Assembly: GCA_965262145.1 (NCBI GenBank)
Contig: OZ253501.1
Coordinates: 4,260,946-4,324,945 of the forward strand
Source: Candidatus Latescibacterota bacterium
GTDB taxonomy: Bacteria > Latescibacterota > UBA2968
Reading direction: 5' to 3'
Length of the DNA: 64,000 nt
Part shown: positions 18,441 to 29,004 of the stretch, in pieces
How the letters are laid out: each line of letters begins with the position of its first letter
Numbering within the stretch: position 1 is the stretch's first letter
Made by a program: the position numbers and the translations under genes
The notes under the pieces: model-generated
What the model was told of the DNA's origin: nothing
The model's input: only the letters and a program-made list of their open reading frames with translations
The model's database searches: none

Positions 18441-21400
18441 TCACTTCTCACGTTCCGTCAATGCCTTAAAATACTCGGCAACGCGGGTGCGGTATTGCTC
18501 GGGAATTTCATCCGCCTTGCCAGCGGAAAGGCCATAATCGCTTTTTTGCTCTCGAATCAGCTCCGACAATTCTTCGGCAGACAGCGTCAAAGGCTTGATC
18601 GCGCGATCAAAAATCAAATCGTATTGCGGCACCGCCCCCTCGCGATAATAATCGCGCCCAATACCCGCCAGATATTCGCGGATACCCATCAAACGCTGTC
18701 GCAGATCCAAATCGGCTGGCAAAAGCGACTCGGCCTCGCGCAACCGATCCATCCAATCGCGAAAACCGCTTTCTGCAAAGCGGCGCAACGCATCGGGGCT
18801 TTGCGGTCCCCATCCAAAACGCCCATCGCGACCATCCGATTCTCCACCCATCACATTCTCCAGACGCTCCTGCGCCCGCTCCAATGCCTCCAGATCGTCG
18901 CGCACCAGAAATTGCGCGACACCATCGAGTTTTTCAGCCGCCAGATCCAATTTATCCGCCACAGCGCGCTCGTGTTTTTCCGATCCCTGCCACGCCCCCA
19001 ATCTCACCAATCGCTCGCCCGCTTGCATATCTTCAAAAATACCCTCTCGGCTCGTCTCGCGCAGCCAGTCATTGAGCTTTTGCGCCATCAAACCCTGGCT
19101 TTCAGCGGCCTTTTCTGCCAACGCACTCGCCTCCTCCATCATATCGCGGAACTCATCGGCTGTGCGTTGCTTGCCCTCGAGCATCTCTCTCGACCCACGC
19201 TCCGAATCAGACAGCGTTCCGCGTCGCTCCTGCTGATCCTGTGCCTGCGCGACTAAACCGCGCTGTTGGGCACGCAAACTATCCATCTTTTCTTGCAACA
19301 TTTTCACGCGCTCAGCAGCCGCCCCACGCGATAAATTACCCAATTGCTCCCGCACATCGCGCAATGCGTCCAAAGCGCGATTGCCCGCAGCCCGCGCCCG
19401 TTGCAACTGATCGTTCTCCAGATTTTGCGCGCTGCGGCTCATTTGCCGCCGCGCACCTTCCAATTGCTCCCGCGCCCGCCTCGCCTGTTGCGGGTCCATA
19501 TCCCCAGACGCAATCTCGCCATTAACCGCATCGAGCGCGTCCATCGTCTGACGCTGCGCCTCGCGCAACTGCTCCAAGCGTCGTTTGGCTTCTTCGCGCG
19601 CTTCGCTCTCCAATTTTTCCGCTTCTGAAATCAACTGCGCCACATCTTCGTTAATCGCCGCCTGCCGCTTTGTCAATTCCTCAATTTTGTTTTTCGCCTC
19701 TGCCGTCTCGGCCAGTTGCTGTTGCAATGTAGATGCCTCTTCTCGAAAATCTCGCCGCTGCGCCAACTCCAGGCCATCCAACTCGCGTTGTTGTCCACCG
19801 CGCGCACCACCTCCGCGCTGTCGCCTACCTTGCACGACCTCAGATTCTCTCGGTTTCCTCTGCAAAAGGTATCGATAAGCGCGCTGTGCATGCCCCAAAG
19901 CCCTTGCCAATGCCGCATCGGGATCGTCAAAAGACGCCTCGCTCAGTGCCCCTATAACACCCGCAAACTCGGCTTCCAAATCCGCGGCACTATTCCTCAC
20001 AGAACCCTGAACATTTTCCTGTGCCTCAATAATGGCGCGCTTTTGCCCATCGTATTCTCCTCGATCCATCCCCGACGCGCCTTTACGCAAATTCCAGATC
20101 GCAATAATCACCTGTTTCTGCCCCTCCGCACCACCCTCCTGCCCCCTGCCCTGTCCCTGCTGACCGCCCTCGTTACTCACAGCCTGGCGATAGAGCCGTT
20201 CAAAAGGCCGAATCTCCAAAAAGTAGGGATCGCCCAGATTCTCCACCTCAGACCGTCCGGGCTTGCCATCTTCTGCCCAAACCGTCCAGGTGATAAAATC
20301 GCCCGCCGCGAGACCCAGATCTTCTAACGCCATCGGATACTCGCCCTCTGCACTTTCTATCCGCGTTGCCTCCGTCTTAAGAGAAATTCGCACGGGATCG
20401 CGCCCTGCCACCTCGTATTGCAAACCGTAATCCGTGAGTCTGTAATCGTCTTTAATGGAAAACCCAAAAGCCACTTCCTCAATTGCCGTGGCCTCGTCAT
20501 CCCCTCGTGGAAAACGCACCTGGATGCGCGGCGGCTGATCGACTTTGGCCGTAATTTTATACGCGCGCGCATACTCATTTTCCTCGCCATCGGCATCCCG
20601 CAACCCCACCTCGTACGAGCTATTCTCTGTAATCGACAGTATGCCTTCCCACACAGCATCATCTGAATTTTTCAACGCCATTTCTTCCCCACCATCCAAT
20701 ACCAGAGCTGCCTTCTCCAACACTTTATTCACTGTCACCGACACCACCACCTCCGTGCCTTCAGGAGCCGTAATATCGCCCCCATAAGGCACTTCGCGGT
20801 CTTCCATCTCCAAATAGTCGGGATAGCGATACAAAAGCCCAATCGACACAACTTCGGGCGGTGTCCACACCGAAAGTGTATAGACATCGGAACGATAAGC
20901 CCCAACCTGCACCTGGTATTCTGTATCGGCATACAAACCGCGCAATTGGTGGGCAAACACATCGCCAATCTCTCCAGGCTCTAAAGGCGCGGTTTGCCAG
21001 TCGCCCCCCGATATCCGCCACTGGATCGCTTTGCTCGCCCCTGTGAGATCTGTCGTCACCCACACCATCTGATGCGCCCCGCGCCGCACCCGCGCATCAC
21101 CCGGTTCAACAGTATAGGGCAATGGCAAAGTCGGTACAAAAAACAACCGTCCCGCAATATCGCCCAGATCAACCTGCCACAGTGCCACAATCAACACAAC
21201 AGCTCCCAATCCCCAAATCCCAACAACAGCACGGCGCACACGCTTCAAAACGCGCAAATCAATCACAGGAGGAGCCTGTATCGCCGACAATTCGCGCACC
21301 TGCTGAAACACTTGCTCGGTCATCCACTCGGAAACCGGCGTCGCCCCATGCAGCGACACACTGCTCACAATCAGATCCTCAAGCTCGGGATGATGTGCAT

Positions 21401-21674
21401 CGAGAAACAGCGCGATCTGTTCCCGTGTCACCACCGTCCGCTGCGGAACGTACAACCATTTATACCCCGCGCCAACGACCAAAATAAGAAATATTAGCAC
21501 CGGCGCAATCACAGGCACGCGATCGACAAAAGCCACCGTAGCGCACAATCCAATCAGCAAACTCAAAAACACAGTGCCAAATATTAACCGACCTTGCAAA
21601 CGTCGCCGCCGTTCAAACTGCGCGGCTACTTCGCGGATCGCGTGTTCCAATTTAAGCGGTAGCAATGGTATCAT
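18441..21674 (-). CDS. Large membrane protein (N-terminal TM helices, long Q/R/E-rich coiled coil, DUF4175-like) of the MoxR/BatA operon
   Basis: It is 1077 aa. It has N-terminal hydrophobic helices and a central ~350-aa heptad-rich coiled-coil region. It overlaps the BatA stop by 4 nt. Confidence 0.7.
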   Translation of the reverse strand: MIPLLPLKLEHAIREVAAQFERRRRLQGRLIFGTVFLSLLIGLCATVAFVDRVPVIAPVLIFLILVVGAGYKWLYVPQRTVVTREQIALFLDAHHPELEDLIVSSVSLHGATPVSEWMTEQVFQQVRELSAIQAPPVIDLRVLKRVRRAVVGIWGLGAVVLIVALWQVDLGDIAGRLFFVPTLPLPYTVEPGDARVRRGAHQMVWVTTDLTGASKAIQWRISGGDWQTAPLEPGEIGDVFAHQLRGLYADTEYQVQVGAYRSDVYTLSVWTPPEVVSIGLLYRYPDYLEMEDREVPYGGDITAPEGTEVVVSVTVNKVLEKAALVLDGGEEMALKNSDDAVWEGILSITENSSYEVGLRDADGEENEYARAYKITAKVDQPPRIQVRFPRGDDEATAIEEVAFGFSIKDDYRLTDYGLQYEVAGRDPVRISLKTEATRIESAEGEYPMALEDLGLAAGDFITWTVWAEDGKPGRSEVENLGDPYFLEIRPFERLYRQAVSNEGGQQGQGRGQEGGAEGQKQVIIAIWNLRKGASGMDRGEYDGQKRAIIEAQENVQGSVRNSAADLEAEFAGVIGALSEASFDDPDAALARALGHAQRAYRYLLQRKPRESEVVQGRRQRGGGARGGQQRELDGLELAQRRDFREEASTLQQQLAETAEAKNKIEELTKRQAAINEDVAQLISEAEKLESEAREEAKRRLEQLREAQRQTMDALDAVNGEIASGDMDPQQARRAREQLEGARRQMSRSAQNLENDQLQRARAAGNRALDALRDVREQLGNLSRGAAAERVKMLQEKMDSLRAQQRGLVAQAQDQQERRGTLSDSERGSREMLEGKQRTADEFRDMMEEASALAEKAAESQGLMAQKLNDWLRETSREGIFEDMQAGERLVRLGAWQGSEKHERAVADKLDLAAEKLDGVAQFLVRDDLEALERAQERLENVMGGESDGRDGRFGWGPQSPDALRRFAESGFRDWMDRLREAESLLPADLDLRQRLMGIREYLAGIGRDYYREGAVPQYDLIFDRAIKPLTLSAEELSELIREQKSDYGLSAGKADEIPEQYRTRVAEYFKALTEREK

Positions 21675-23587
21675 GCCCGTAATCCCCGCGCACTCAAATA
21701 AGCGGCGTAAAAATGTTCGATCAACAGCAAGGCGAGCAAAAATCCAAGTATCCAGCGACCGTATTCATACACAATCGAAAGATCTGCCGATTGTTCGCCA
21801 TCTTTTTGAAATAATACGGGCGCATCGCACAGCCGAATCTCAAATTCCGCCGGCGTTATCCGCGCCAGATCGCTCTCTCGATCTAAGACATTGACCGATG
21901 CGATTTCCGTCCCCCACTGATATACGCCGGGCACCTGGAATACACGCGCATCACCGACTGCAGAATCCGATCCCTCTGGTCCCATAACCCGTTTCACCTC
22001 ATCAGGAGCGCTTATGGCATCGCCTACCAGATAATCTGTCTCGATCTCCCGATCACCCGATAAATAGCGCAACGTCTCGTGCAACAAAGGCACAAACCGC
22101 GGCGTTCGCGCCAGATTTGACCGATCAAACCCCATCCCACCGGTCCAGACCACAATGCGACCTTCTCCCAGCTTACCCTCGACAATAGCGGGCATCAAAT
22201 TGTCGTATTTTGCCAGCACCACGGCTGAACTATCTGCTGTCAAAATGTGATAATTCTCATAGCGCACGGATGAAAAATCGTTAAACCGCGCCCCCCTGAA
22301 AGGACGAAAAATGGGGTGCTCCAAATCGACCCATGCCAGCGCGGCATACCCCGCATCCTCCACTCCAGAAATCCGGATATTCGCACGCGCGAGCAAAGCA
22401 TTCACAGACTGAACAGCGGCATCCGTGCGAAGCGGCAAAAACAGCGCACCGCCTTCTTCAACATAATCTGCAAACTCGCTTACAGAAGTCACATCTTCGG
22501 CAATCACCGCCGAACCCATAAGTTCTCCAGACCAGGTCAATCGCCAGTCCGCACCCTCGGGCACAGCAGCCTTAAGCATAAACCGCGTGTCCTCCGAGGC
22601 GTTCAACACCGCGATAGGATGTTGCGGTTTGGCAATCGACGCAAAAAAACGGCGGTCATCTCGCCTCAATCCATCGCCCCCGGCAAGCGCGACATATCCG
22701 TTTATCCCATCCTCCAAAGACACGGAGAAAGCCACCTGTGTGGCATTGCCCTGCAACACCGTCACATCGCGCGTTTCTACCACTTCTCCATCGACCACTA
22801 TTTGCACAGCAAACGCGCCTTGCCCAGACCAATTTCTCACGCGAGCGCGAACCCGCAATACATCGTCCTTTACAGCCCGAACAGCGAGCGCGTCAACCGA
22901 TGCATTGGACACAGAGTTTGCCCCCACATCCACAGCATTGAGTTTGATCGCGCCCGGCAAACGCCATCCCATATCGGACAGCGGCATGCCACTCGCCTGA
23001 AAATCGCTGATCACATGAACCACGCGCTGCACCTGCGCGGTATCGGCCGCAAAAACATGCTCAACCGCCTGAAGTGCCGAAGCATAATCGGTATGTGCCC
23101 ACGTCACATCGACATCGTCAATCGCGTGTCGCACATCTGCCATATCGCCAAGTGGCACATCGACCACAGGCTGTTGTGCAAATCGCACGAATCCAACTCG
23201 ATCCCCCGGCCCCAAAGTCTCCAGCACAGATTTCGCCCCTGTTTTCGCGCGCTCCCACACCCCGTCATATCCCATGCTCAGCGAAACATCCATCGCAATC
23301 ACATGATCTGTTCTCCCCGAAGACGCGGCCTCAGCATTCAACATCATATCGCGAAAAGGGCGCGCAAACGCAAGTGCCAGAGCAATCAACGCGGCCATTC
23401 GCAACAACATCAATACAATATGTTGAACGCGCCTGCGCTCAATCACTTCGCGCTTGACATCGGGCACAAACATCAAACTGCTAAACCGCACGGTCTCGCG
23501 CTCGGGGCGGCGAATGCGATGCACAAAATAGGGAATGCCAATCAGCGCAACACCCAGTGCAAATAGCGGAGCCAGCAACCCCATCAC
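21671..23587 (-). CDS. BatA-like protein (aerotolerance-regulator N-terminal double-TM domain plus vWA domain)
   Basis: The N-terminus 'LLAPLFALGVALIGIPYFVHRIRRPERETVRFSSLMFV' is a BatA_N signature. It has vWA 'DVSLSM' and ends with a TM helix. Confidence 0.75.
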   Translation of the reverse strand: MMGLLAPLFALGVALIGIPYFVHRIRRPERETVRFSSLMFVPDVKREVIERRRVQHIVLMLLRMAALIALALAFARPFRDMMLNAEAASSGRTDHVIAMDVSLSMGYDGVWERAKTGAKSVLETLGPGDRVGFVRFAQQPVVDVPLGDMADVRHAIDDVDVTWAHTDYASALQAVEHVFAADTAQVQRVVHVISDFQASGMPLSDMGWRLPGAIKLNAVDVGANSVSNASVDALAVRAVKDDVLRVRARVRNWSGQGAFAVQIVVDGEVVETRDVTVLQGNATQVAFSVSLEDGINGYVALAGGDGLRRDDRRFFASIAKPQHPIAVLNASEDTRFMLKAAVPEGADWRLTWSGELMGSAVIAEDVTSVSEFADYVEEGGALFLPLRTDAAVQSVNALLARANIRISGVEDAGYAALAWVDLEHPIFRPFRGARFNDFSSVRYENYHILTADSSAVVLAKYDNLMPAIVEGKLGEGRIVVWTGGMGFDRSNLARTPRFVPLLHETLRYLSGDREIETDYLVGDAISAPDEVKRVMGPEGSDSAVGDARVFQVPGVYQWGTEIASVNVLDRESDLARITPAEFEIRLCDAPVLFQKDGEQSADLSIVYEYGRWILGFLLALLLIEHFYAAYLSARGLRA

Positions 23588-24534
23588 GCACCTCCTTGCG
23601 ACCGCCTGCTCGGCGCGATCAACCCATCGTTGCGCCGATGTAAAAACCGGTGCAATGCCATATCCAATGGTTCAGAACACACAAACTCTTCAATATCGAT
23701 TTCCGCTGATAAACACGCTTCTCTTATCGCGTCAAAATGTCGCCTGCGATTTTCCAAATAGGCTTCTCGCACCTCCTCTGGCACGGCAAATTGCTCGCGG
23801 CTATCTTCGGCATCCACCAGCGTCACCGACCGATCAAAAGGAAACGTCTGCTCAGCCGGATCACTCACTTGCAGCACCAGCACATCGTGACGCTGCGCCC
23901 GCAGAGAACGCAAATGCACAATCATCTCATCTGCCGGATGCAACAAATCGCCAATCAACACCACCATGCCCCGCGAAGGCAACACATCGCCCATCACGCG
24001 CAACGTCCCCGCTGTATCTGTCTCTTCACCCGCGGGACTCAAATTGTCGATCTCCACCAAAATGCGATGGCGTTGCCCTTCTCGACGATGTGCTGGCACA
24101 TGCGTAATCAGTTCCCGATGATAAGCGGCAAAGCCTACGGCATCTCCCTGACTTGCAGCCAGCATCACCAGACACGCCGCCAGCATCTGTGCATACCGAA
24201 ACTTGCTCACCGGCCCCGAACCATAGTCCATAGACGCGCTGCAATCCAACAAAACAGTACACCGCAAATTGCGCTCATCCTGAAACTGCTTCACGTGCAG
24301 CCGATCACTTCGGCCGTATAGCCGCCAATCGACAAAGCGCAAATCATCGCCCTGCGCGTAAGGGCGATACTGGGCAAACTCGACCGACGCCCCGTGGTGA
24401 ATACTGCGATGCGATCCACCTTGCAACCCAGAAATAACCGTACGCGCCAAAAGTTCCAAATCCGCAATACGCGCCAGTTCGCCCGGATCGAGATATGTGT
24501 AAATAGAATTTTGCATGTTAGCGGTTAGCCCCAT
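23584..24534 (-). CDS. DUF58-family protein (MoxR partner)
   Basis: It carries the 'EFAQYRPYAQGDDLRFVDWRLYGRSDRLHVKQF' DUF58 hallmark. Confidence 0.8.
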   Translation of the reverse strand: MGLTANMQNSIYTYLDPGELARIADLELLARTVISGLQGGSHRSIHHGASVEFAQYRPYAQGDDLRFVDWRLYGRSDRLHVKQFQDERNLRCTVLLDCSASMDYGSGPVSKFRYAQMLAACLVMLAASQGDAVGFAAYHRELITHVPAHRREGQRHRILVEIDNLSPAGEETDTAGTLRVMGDVLPSRGMVVLIGDLLHPADEMIVHLRSLRAQRHDVLVLQVSDPAEQTFPFDRSVTLVDAEDSREQFAVPEEVREAYLENRRRHFDAIREACLSAEIDIEEFVCSEPLDMALHRFLHRRNDGLIAPSRRSQGGA

Positions 24535-24539
24535 TCACC

Positions 24540-25562
24540 CTACACCAGATCCGCCTCTGGCGGTTGAATGGTCTCCAGCAGTCGGTTGATAACATCCTCG
24601 GCATTGACGCGGTCGGCTTCGGCTCTAAAATTGGTCAAAATGCGGTGGCGCAACACATTGGGCGCAACCGCTTGAATATCGCCAAAAGAAACGTGGTATC
24701 GCCCCTTGAGCAGCGCCCGCGCCTTTGCCCCCAGCAACAACCCCTGCGCGCCCCTCGTACCCGCGCCCCAACTCACCCATGAAGTCACAAAATCCGGCGC
24801 CGTATCGCCTGGGCGGCTCGCCTGCACCAGTTGCACCGCATAACGCGCCACAGGCTCGGCCACGGGTACCAATCTCACCAGCCTGGCAAAATCGAGCATA
24901 TCTTCACCCGTAAAAACCGGCTCGACCTCTTCAGCCGCTATTGCCGTTGTGCGCGTAGCCACATCCAGCTCTTCATCTTCTGTCAAATAATCGATCCAAA
25001 TATTCATCATAAAGCGGTCCAACTGCGCCTCGGGCAAAGGATACGTACCCTCCAGCTCAATGGGATTCTGCGTTGCCAAAACGTAAAACGGTTGCTCCAG
25101 CTCGTGCAAATTGCCCCCTATTGTCACCTGCTTCTCCTCCATCGCCTCCAGCAATGCAGCCTGCGTCTTGGGCGGCGTGCGGTTAATCTCATCGGCCAGC
25201 AAAATATGCGTAAAAATAGGCCCCGGAATAAACCGCAACTCGCGGTGTCCGCCCACGCGATCCTCGTCGATAATCTCTGTACCCGTTATATCCGAAGGCA
25301 TCAGATCCGGCGTAAACTGAACGCGCTTAAAATCCAAATCCAAAATTTTCGCAATCGTACGCACCAGCAGCGTCTTCGCCAAACCCGGCGCCCCCGTCAA
25401 CAAACAATGACCGCCGCTAAACAACACAATCAACAGCGACTCAATAACCTCATCCTGCCCGACGATCACCTTGCGAATCTGCTCCATCATACGCGCTCTA
25501 CCCTCGCGCAACTTGCCTACCGCCTCGGCTTCAAATGGCGTTTCTCGTTCTTGAATTTCCAA
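24540..25562 (-). CDS. MoxR-family AAA+ ATPase
   Basis: It has a Walker A 'GAPGLAKT' and 'LLADEINR'. It is 340 aa with typical MoxR architecture. Confidence 0.9.
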   Translation of the reverse strand: MEIQERETPFEAEAVGKLREGRARMMEQIRKVIVGQDEVIESLLIVLFSGGHCLLTGAPGLAKTLLVRTIAKILDLDFKRVQFTPDLMPSDITGTEIIDEDRVGGHRELRFIPGPIFTHILLADEINRTPPKTQAALLEAMEEKQVTIGGNLHELEQPFYVLATQNPIELEGTYPLPEAQLDRFMMNIWIDYLTEDEELDVATRTTAIAAEEVEPVFTGEDMLDFARLVRLVPVAEPVARYAVQLVQASRPGDTAPDFVTSWVSWGAGTRGAQGLLLGAKARALLKGRYHVSFGDIQAVAPNVLRHRILTNFRAEADRVNAEDVINRLLETIQPPEADLV

Positions 25563-25637
25563 AAAGTACCTCAGTGTTTAGTAAATTAGTATTTAAGGTG
25601 ATCCTTTCACCTCTTAAGTCTCACCTCTTACCGCTCC

Positions 25638-26492
25638 TCAATGCGTCATCGCATACACCACGATATTAATACCCATCGGATACGCCTTGGGCGCGGAAAA
25701 ATTGCGGAAATACTCGTAATTCTCGCCCTCGCGCTCCCAGCCATCACCCAAATCCGTATTGTGCATCACCACGACCATCAACCGCCCATCCCGATCGAAA
25801 ATGCCCTTGCAGTGCGCCTCAGACCCGTATTCGGCATAGCGCCCGGCCCAACCCTCATACGTCAAACCAGTCGTTTGCCAGTCCCAAAAACTACCCAGAC
25901 CCGGCACTTGAGGCACCTCCTTAATATCAAACACAATGTGAAACAACTCGTGATCCAGCGGAATATCCACCAGGGGAAATTCATCGGGCGGCAACACTTG
26001 AGAAATCTCGTACTCCCAATTTCGCCACGCCTCATCCCCCCAGAAATCATCCACGAGCAAAAAACCACCGCGCAACAAATAATCGCGCAACCCCTCCTGC
26101 TCAGACACACTCAGAGCCATCCGCCCCACTTCGAGCATATAAACAAAAGGGTACTTAAACACCTCGGGATCATCGAGACGCACAACCACATGTTTAAACC
26201 GCCCATCCTCTGTCCGATTCACATTGAGCGTTGTAATTTGAGACAACCGCAAAGAAAAATTCTCATCCGACTCAGGATAATCCACCGACCAACTGCCCCG
26301 CCGCCGCCGATACCCCCAATCATCATCGCCCGTATAATTCGAATACTCGATGCGACAAAACGTAAACGTATTGCCCGGAAAAATATCGCGTGCCATCCGC
26401 TCGACAGGGCCTCGACGTCTGCGCCCAAACTGTGCATCGACATCCCATTCGGGCATCAACAGCACCAACAAACACGCCAGCAAAATCCGCAT
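25638..26492 (-). CDS. DUF4159-like secreted protein
   Basis: It has the signal peptide 'MRILLACLLVLLM'. I chose that start, which overlaps the stop of the upstream TPR gene by 1 nt. The body is W/Y/D-rich, as in DUF4159. Confidence 0.5.
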   Translation of the reverse strand: MRILLACLLVLLMPEWDVDAQFGRRRRGPVERMARDIFPGNTFTFCRIEYSNYTGDDDWGYRRRRGSWSVDYPESDENFSLRLSQITTLNVNRTEDGRFKHVVVRLDDPEVFKYPFVYMLEVGRMALSVSEQEGLRDYLLRGGFLLVDDFWGDEAWRNWEYEISQVLPPDEFPLVDIPLDHELFHIVFDIKEVPQVPGLGSFWDWQTTGLTYEGWAGRYAEYGSEAHCKGIFDRDGRLMVVVMHNTDLGDGWEREGENYEYFRNFSAPKAYPMGINIVVYAMTH

Positions 26493-28924
26493 CACTGCAC
26501 CTCCACCAATTGCAACAACAACTGTTGCGCGTCCCAAAAATGCGGCATTGTTTCCAACAGCGCGAGCACCTCGGCTTTTGCGGCTTTGACCTCGCCCTTT
26601 TTTGCCAGAACCTCCGCCAGATTGAGCCTATGCGCGGCGCGCCCCGGTACATCGAGATAAATCAGCCGCCGCCAATCGGCAATCGCCGCATCCCAGTTCG
26701 CCAGCATCTCGTGTACCTCTGCTCTTTGGCGCAGTATCTCAACCTGAAAAGGACGCACCGCCAATGCCCGATTCAGCACCGCACGCGCAGCCGCCCAATC
26801 TTTATCCTCCACATAGAACTCGCTCAACACCAGACAGGCTTCATGCGCTGTCGCATCCCATTCAACGAGCTTTTTTAAGGCTTTGCGGTGCCACCCGGGA
26901 TCCTCCCGCGCCATACCGGCATCCACCCAGAGCCGCAAGGGCGCATCTTTCGCTATATAGTCTGGATACAAAGCGTGCGCTTTCAGGAAAAATCGCTCTG
27001 CCTCCACCCAGTTCTTTGCCTCAACCGCCTCTTTCCCGGCATCTAACGCCTCGCGGAACTCCGAGTTTTTGGACAACGCCTTGAGGGGCGCGCATCGATT
27101 GCCCATATATTCCATAAACCGCTCATCCATAAGACGCGCAGAAACACCGCTCGCCGATATCAAAGCCTCAACAGCCGCCATGCCATCGCCAATGCGGTCG
27201 AGTGCCGTCACCAGAGCATCAAGGCCGTAATGATTCACATAAAAAGCCACAAACTCACCCGATACAAAATACCCATACATCAGATGCATCGGCGTTTCTG
27301 GATCAGCAAAAAACCGCCTGAGATCGCCTACAGCGGGAAACCCCTCGCCATCCACAATCTGCTTAAAATTCGGACTCAGACGCTGCCCCCACGACACATC
27401 CTTTTGCGTCTCTTCATAGACCGAAATCCCCTCCGACAACCAGCGCGGCATGCGATTGCTGGTCTTTTGCAGCGTAATCACATGTACAAACTCGTGCCAC
27501 AACACCTGTTGCCAGTTCATCGTACCGGGGGGCCGCGCCTGTGGGGAATCCATCGTGACCAACCGCCCAAAACAAATACCCAAATGCCCCGCATTGCCCG
27601 GCAGCCCAACTGACCGCACCATAAACACATCGTGATCGTCAAACACCTGCACCACCACGGGCGTGTGTAACTCAATATTGTATTTTCTCTGATAGTACAA
27701 TGCCGCTTCATTGAGCAACTTCAATAACCCATCGGACATCACCTCGGCTTCTCGCCCTGGCAATTGCAACTTGAAAATACCGCGCGATATCGTCTCAAAA
27801 CCATCAATCGCATCGGCAGCCTCGAGCAAATTATACGCCCGTACACTATATGGATCGGCAGCAAAAACCTGCTCCAACTCGCTCCGCGCCTCGGTATCTT
27901 TGCCCAGGCGCAACAAATCATACGCCAACAGCAAACGCGCCTCGACATCCTCCCCATCAATTTCCAACGCACGCCCTTGAAAAACACGCCCTTCTTCAAA
28001 CCGGTATTGCCGAGACGCAATGCGCCCGGGAATGCGAAAAGCCCCTGAAAAATACCCATTAAAAGCCAATGCCCGTTCCTGCATTTTTTTCTTCGCCTCT
28101 GGATCATCCAACAAAAAAAATGCCGCCGCCTTTAACCCCAGCGCTTTCAGGTGATTTGGATTAACAGATAGGATAGAATCCAGCACCGCAAGCGCGGCAT
28201 GTGCCTCATTGCGATCCAGCAATTGCTCGGCTTGCAACCGCTGGACTTCTAAATGATTCGGGTTGAGCGCGAGAAGTTGCGCCATCACTTCCAAAATCCG
28301 ATCATCGCCCGCGTGATAATAACACCACATCAACCCCGCCAAAGCCTCCTGATTTTCGGGATCCAACGCGAGCGCAGCGCCGTATTTTTCTGCCGCCACA
28401 TCAAAAGCGCGTTTATCCAGAGATAGCTTGCCCGCCGCAATAAATACAGGCACGCTATTGGGAAATGCCTGGGCCATCAAATTGTAAAAACGCAACAGCG
28501 ATTTTGGATCTTCGCCCTTTAACTCGCGCAGCCGCGCAGCCGCGAGAAAATCATCGATATCAGGGCGATATTCCGACAACAAGCGCACCTGATGCTCGGC
28601 CTTTATCAATGTCATGCCATAATCGCCCATCCGGCCGCGCATGCGATACAACTCGGCCAGGCGCACAGTCACATCGGGCGAACTTGCCGAAAGTCCTTCC
28701 AATTGCGCAATCGCCTCATCAACGCGACCTGTCAACACCAGCAATTCGGCATAATCCCTTCGCGTTGACCGCGGGTGATAAGACACGCGCTCGAGCACTT
28801 TCACCGCCTCGGCATAATCGCCCCGCGCCCACAGCGTGCGATAATCCGTCTCCTGCCCCCACGCGCTTTCCACAACAAGGCCAAGGAAGAATGCACAGAT
28901 TAAAGATGTGATTTGAGAACGCAT
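26492..28924 (-). CDS. Secreted TPR-repeat protein with an embedded gluzincin-like (HEXXH...E) metallopeptidase module
   Basis: It has a signal peptide and many TPR-like helical repeats. The motif is 'WHEFVHV', with 'LSEGISVYEE' 17 residues later. Confidence 0.65.
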   Translation of the reverse strand: MRSQITSLICAFFLGLVVESAWGQETDYRTLWARGDYAEAVKVLERVSYHPRSTRRDYAELLVLTGRVDEAIAQLEGLSASSPDVTVRLAELYRMRGRMGDYGMTLIKAEHQVRLLSEYRPDIDDFLAAARLRELKGEDPKSLLRFYNLMAQAFPNSVPVFIAAGKLSLDKRAFDVAAEKYGAALALDPENQEALAGLMWCYYHAGDDRILEVMAQLLALNPNHLEVQRLQAEQLLDRNEAHAALAVLDSILSVNPNHLKALGLKAAAFFLLDDPEAKKKMQERALAFNGYFSGAFRIPGRIASRQYRFEEGRVFQGRALEIDGEDVEARLLLAYDLLRLGKDTEARSELEQVFAADPYSVRAYNLLEAADAIDGFETISRGIFKLQLPGREAEVMSDGLLKLLNEAALYYQRKYNIELHTPVVVQVFDDHDVFMVRSVGLPGNAGHLGICFGRLVTMDSPQARPPGTMNWQQVLWHEFVHVITLQKTSNRMPRWLSEGISVYEETQKDVSWGQRLSPNFKQIVDGEGFPAVGDLRRFFADPETPMHLMYGYFVSGEFVAFYVNHYGLDALVTALDRIGDGMAAVEALISASGVSARLMDERFMEYMGNRCAPLKALSKNSEFREALDAGKEAVEAKNWVEAERFFLKAHALYPDYIAKDAPLRLWVDAGMAREDPGWHRKALKKLVEWDATAHEACLVLSEFYVEDKDWAAARAVLNRALAVRPFQVEILRQRAEVHEMLANWDAAIADWRRLIYLDVPGRAAHRLNLAEVLAKKGEVKAAKAEVLALLETMPHFWDAQQLLLQLVEVQ

Positions 28925-29004
28925 AAGAACGCTACACTTTGCATTTTAAGATTCGCATATCAATTTCGACCTCAATATCATCAGGTTTGTTCCCGTATCC
29001 CCCC

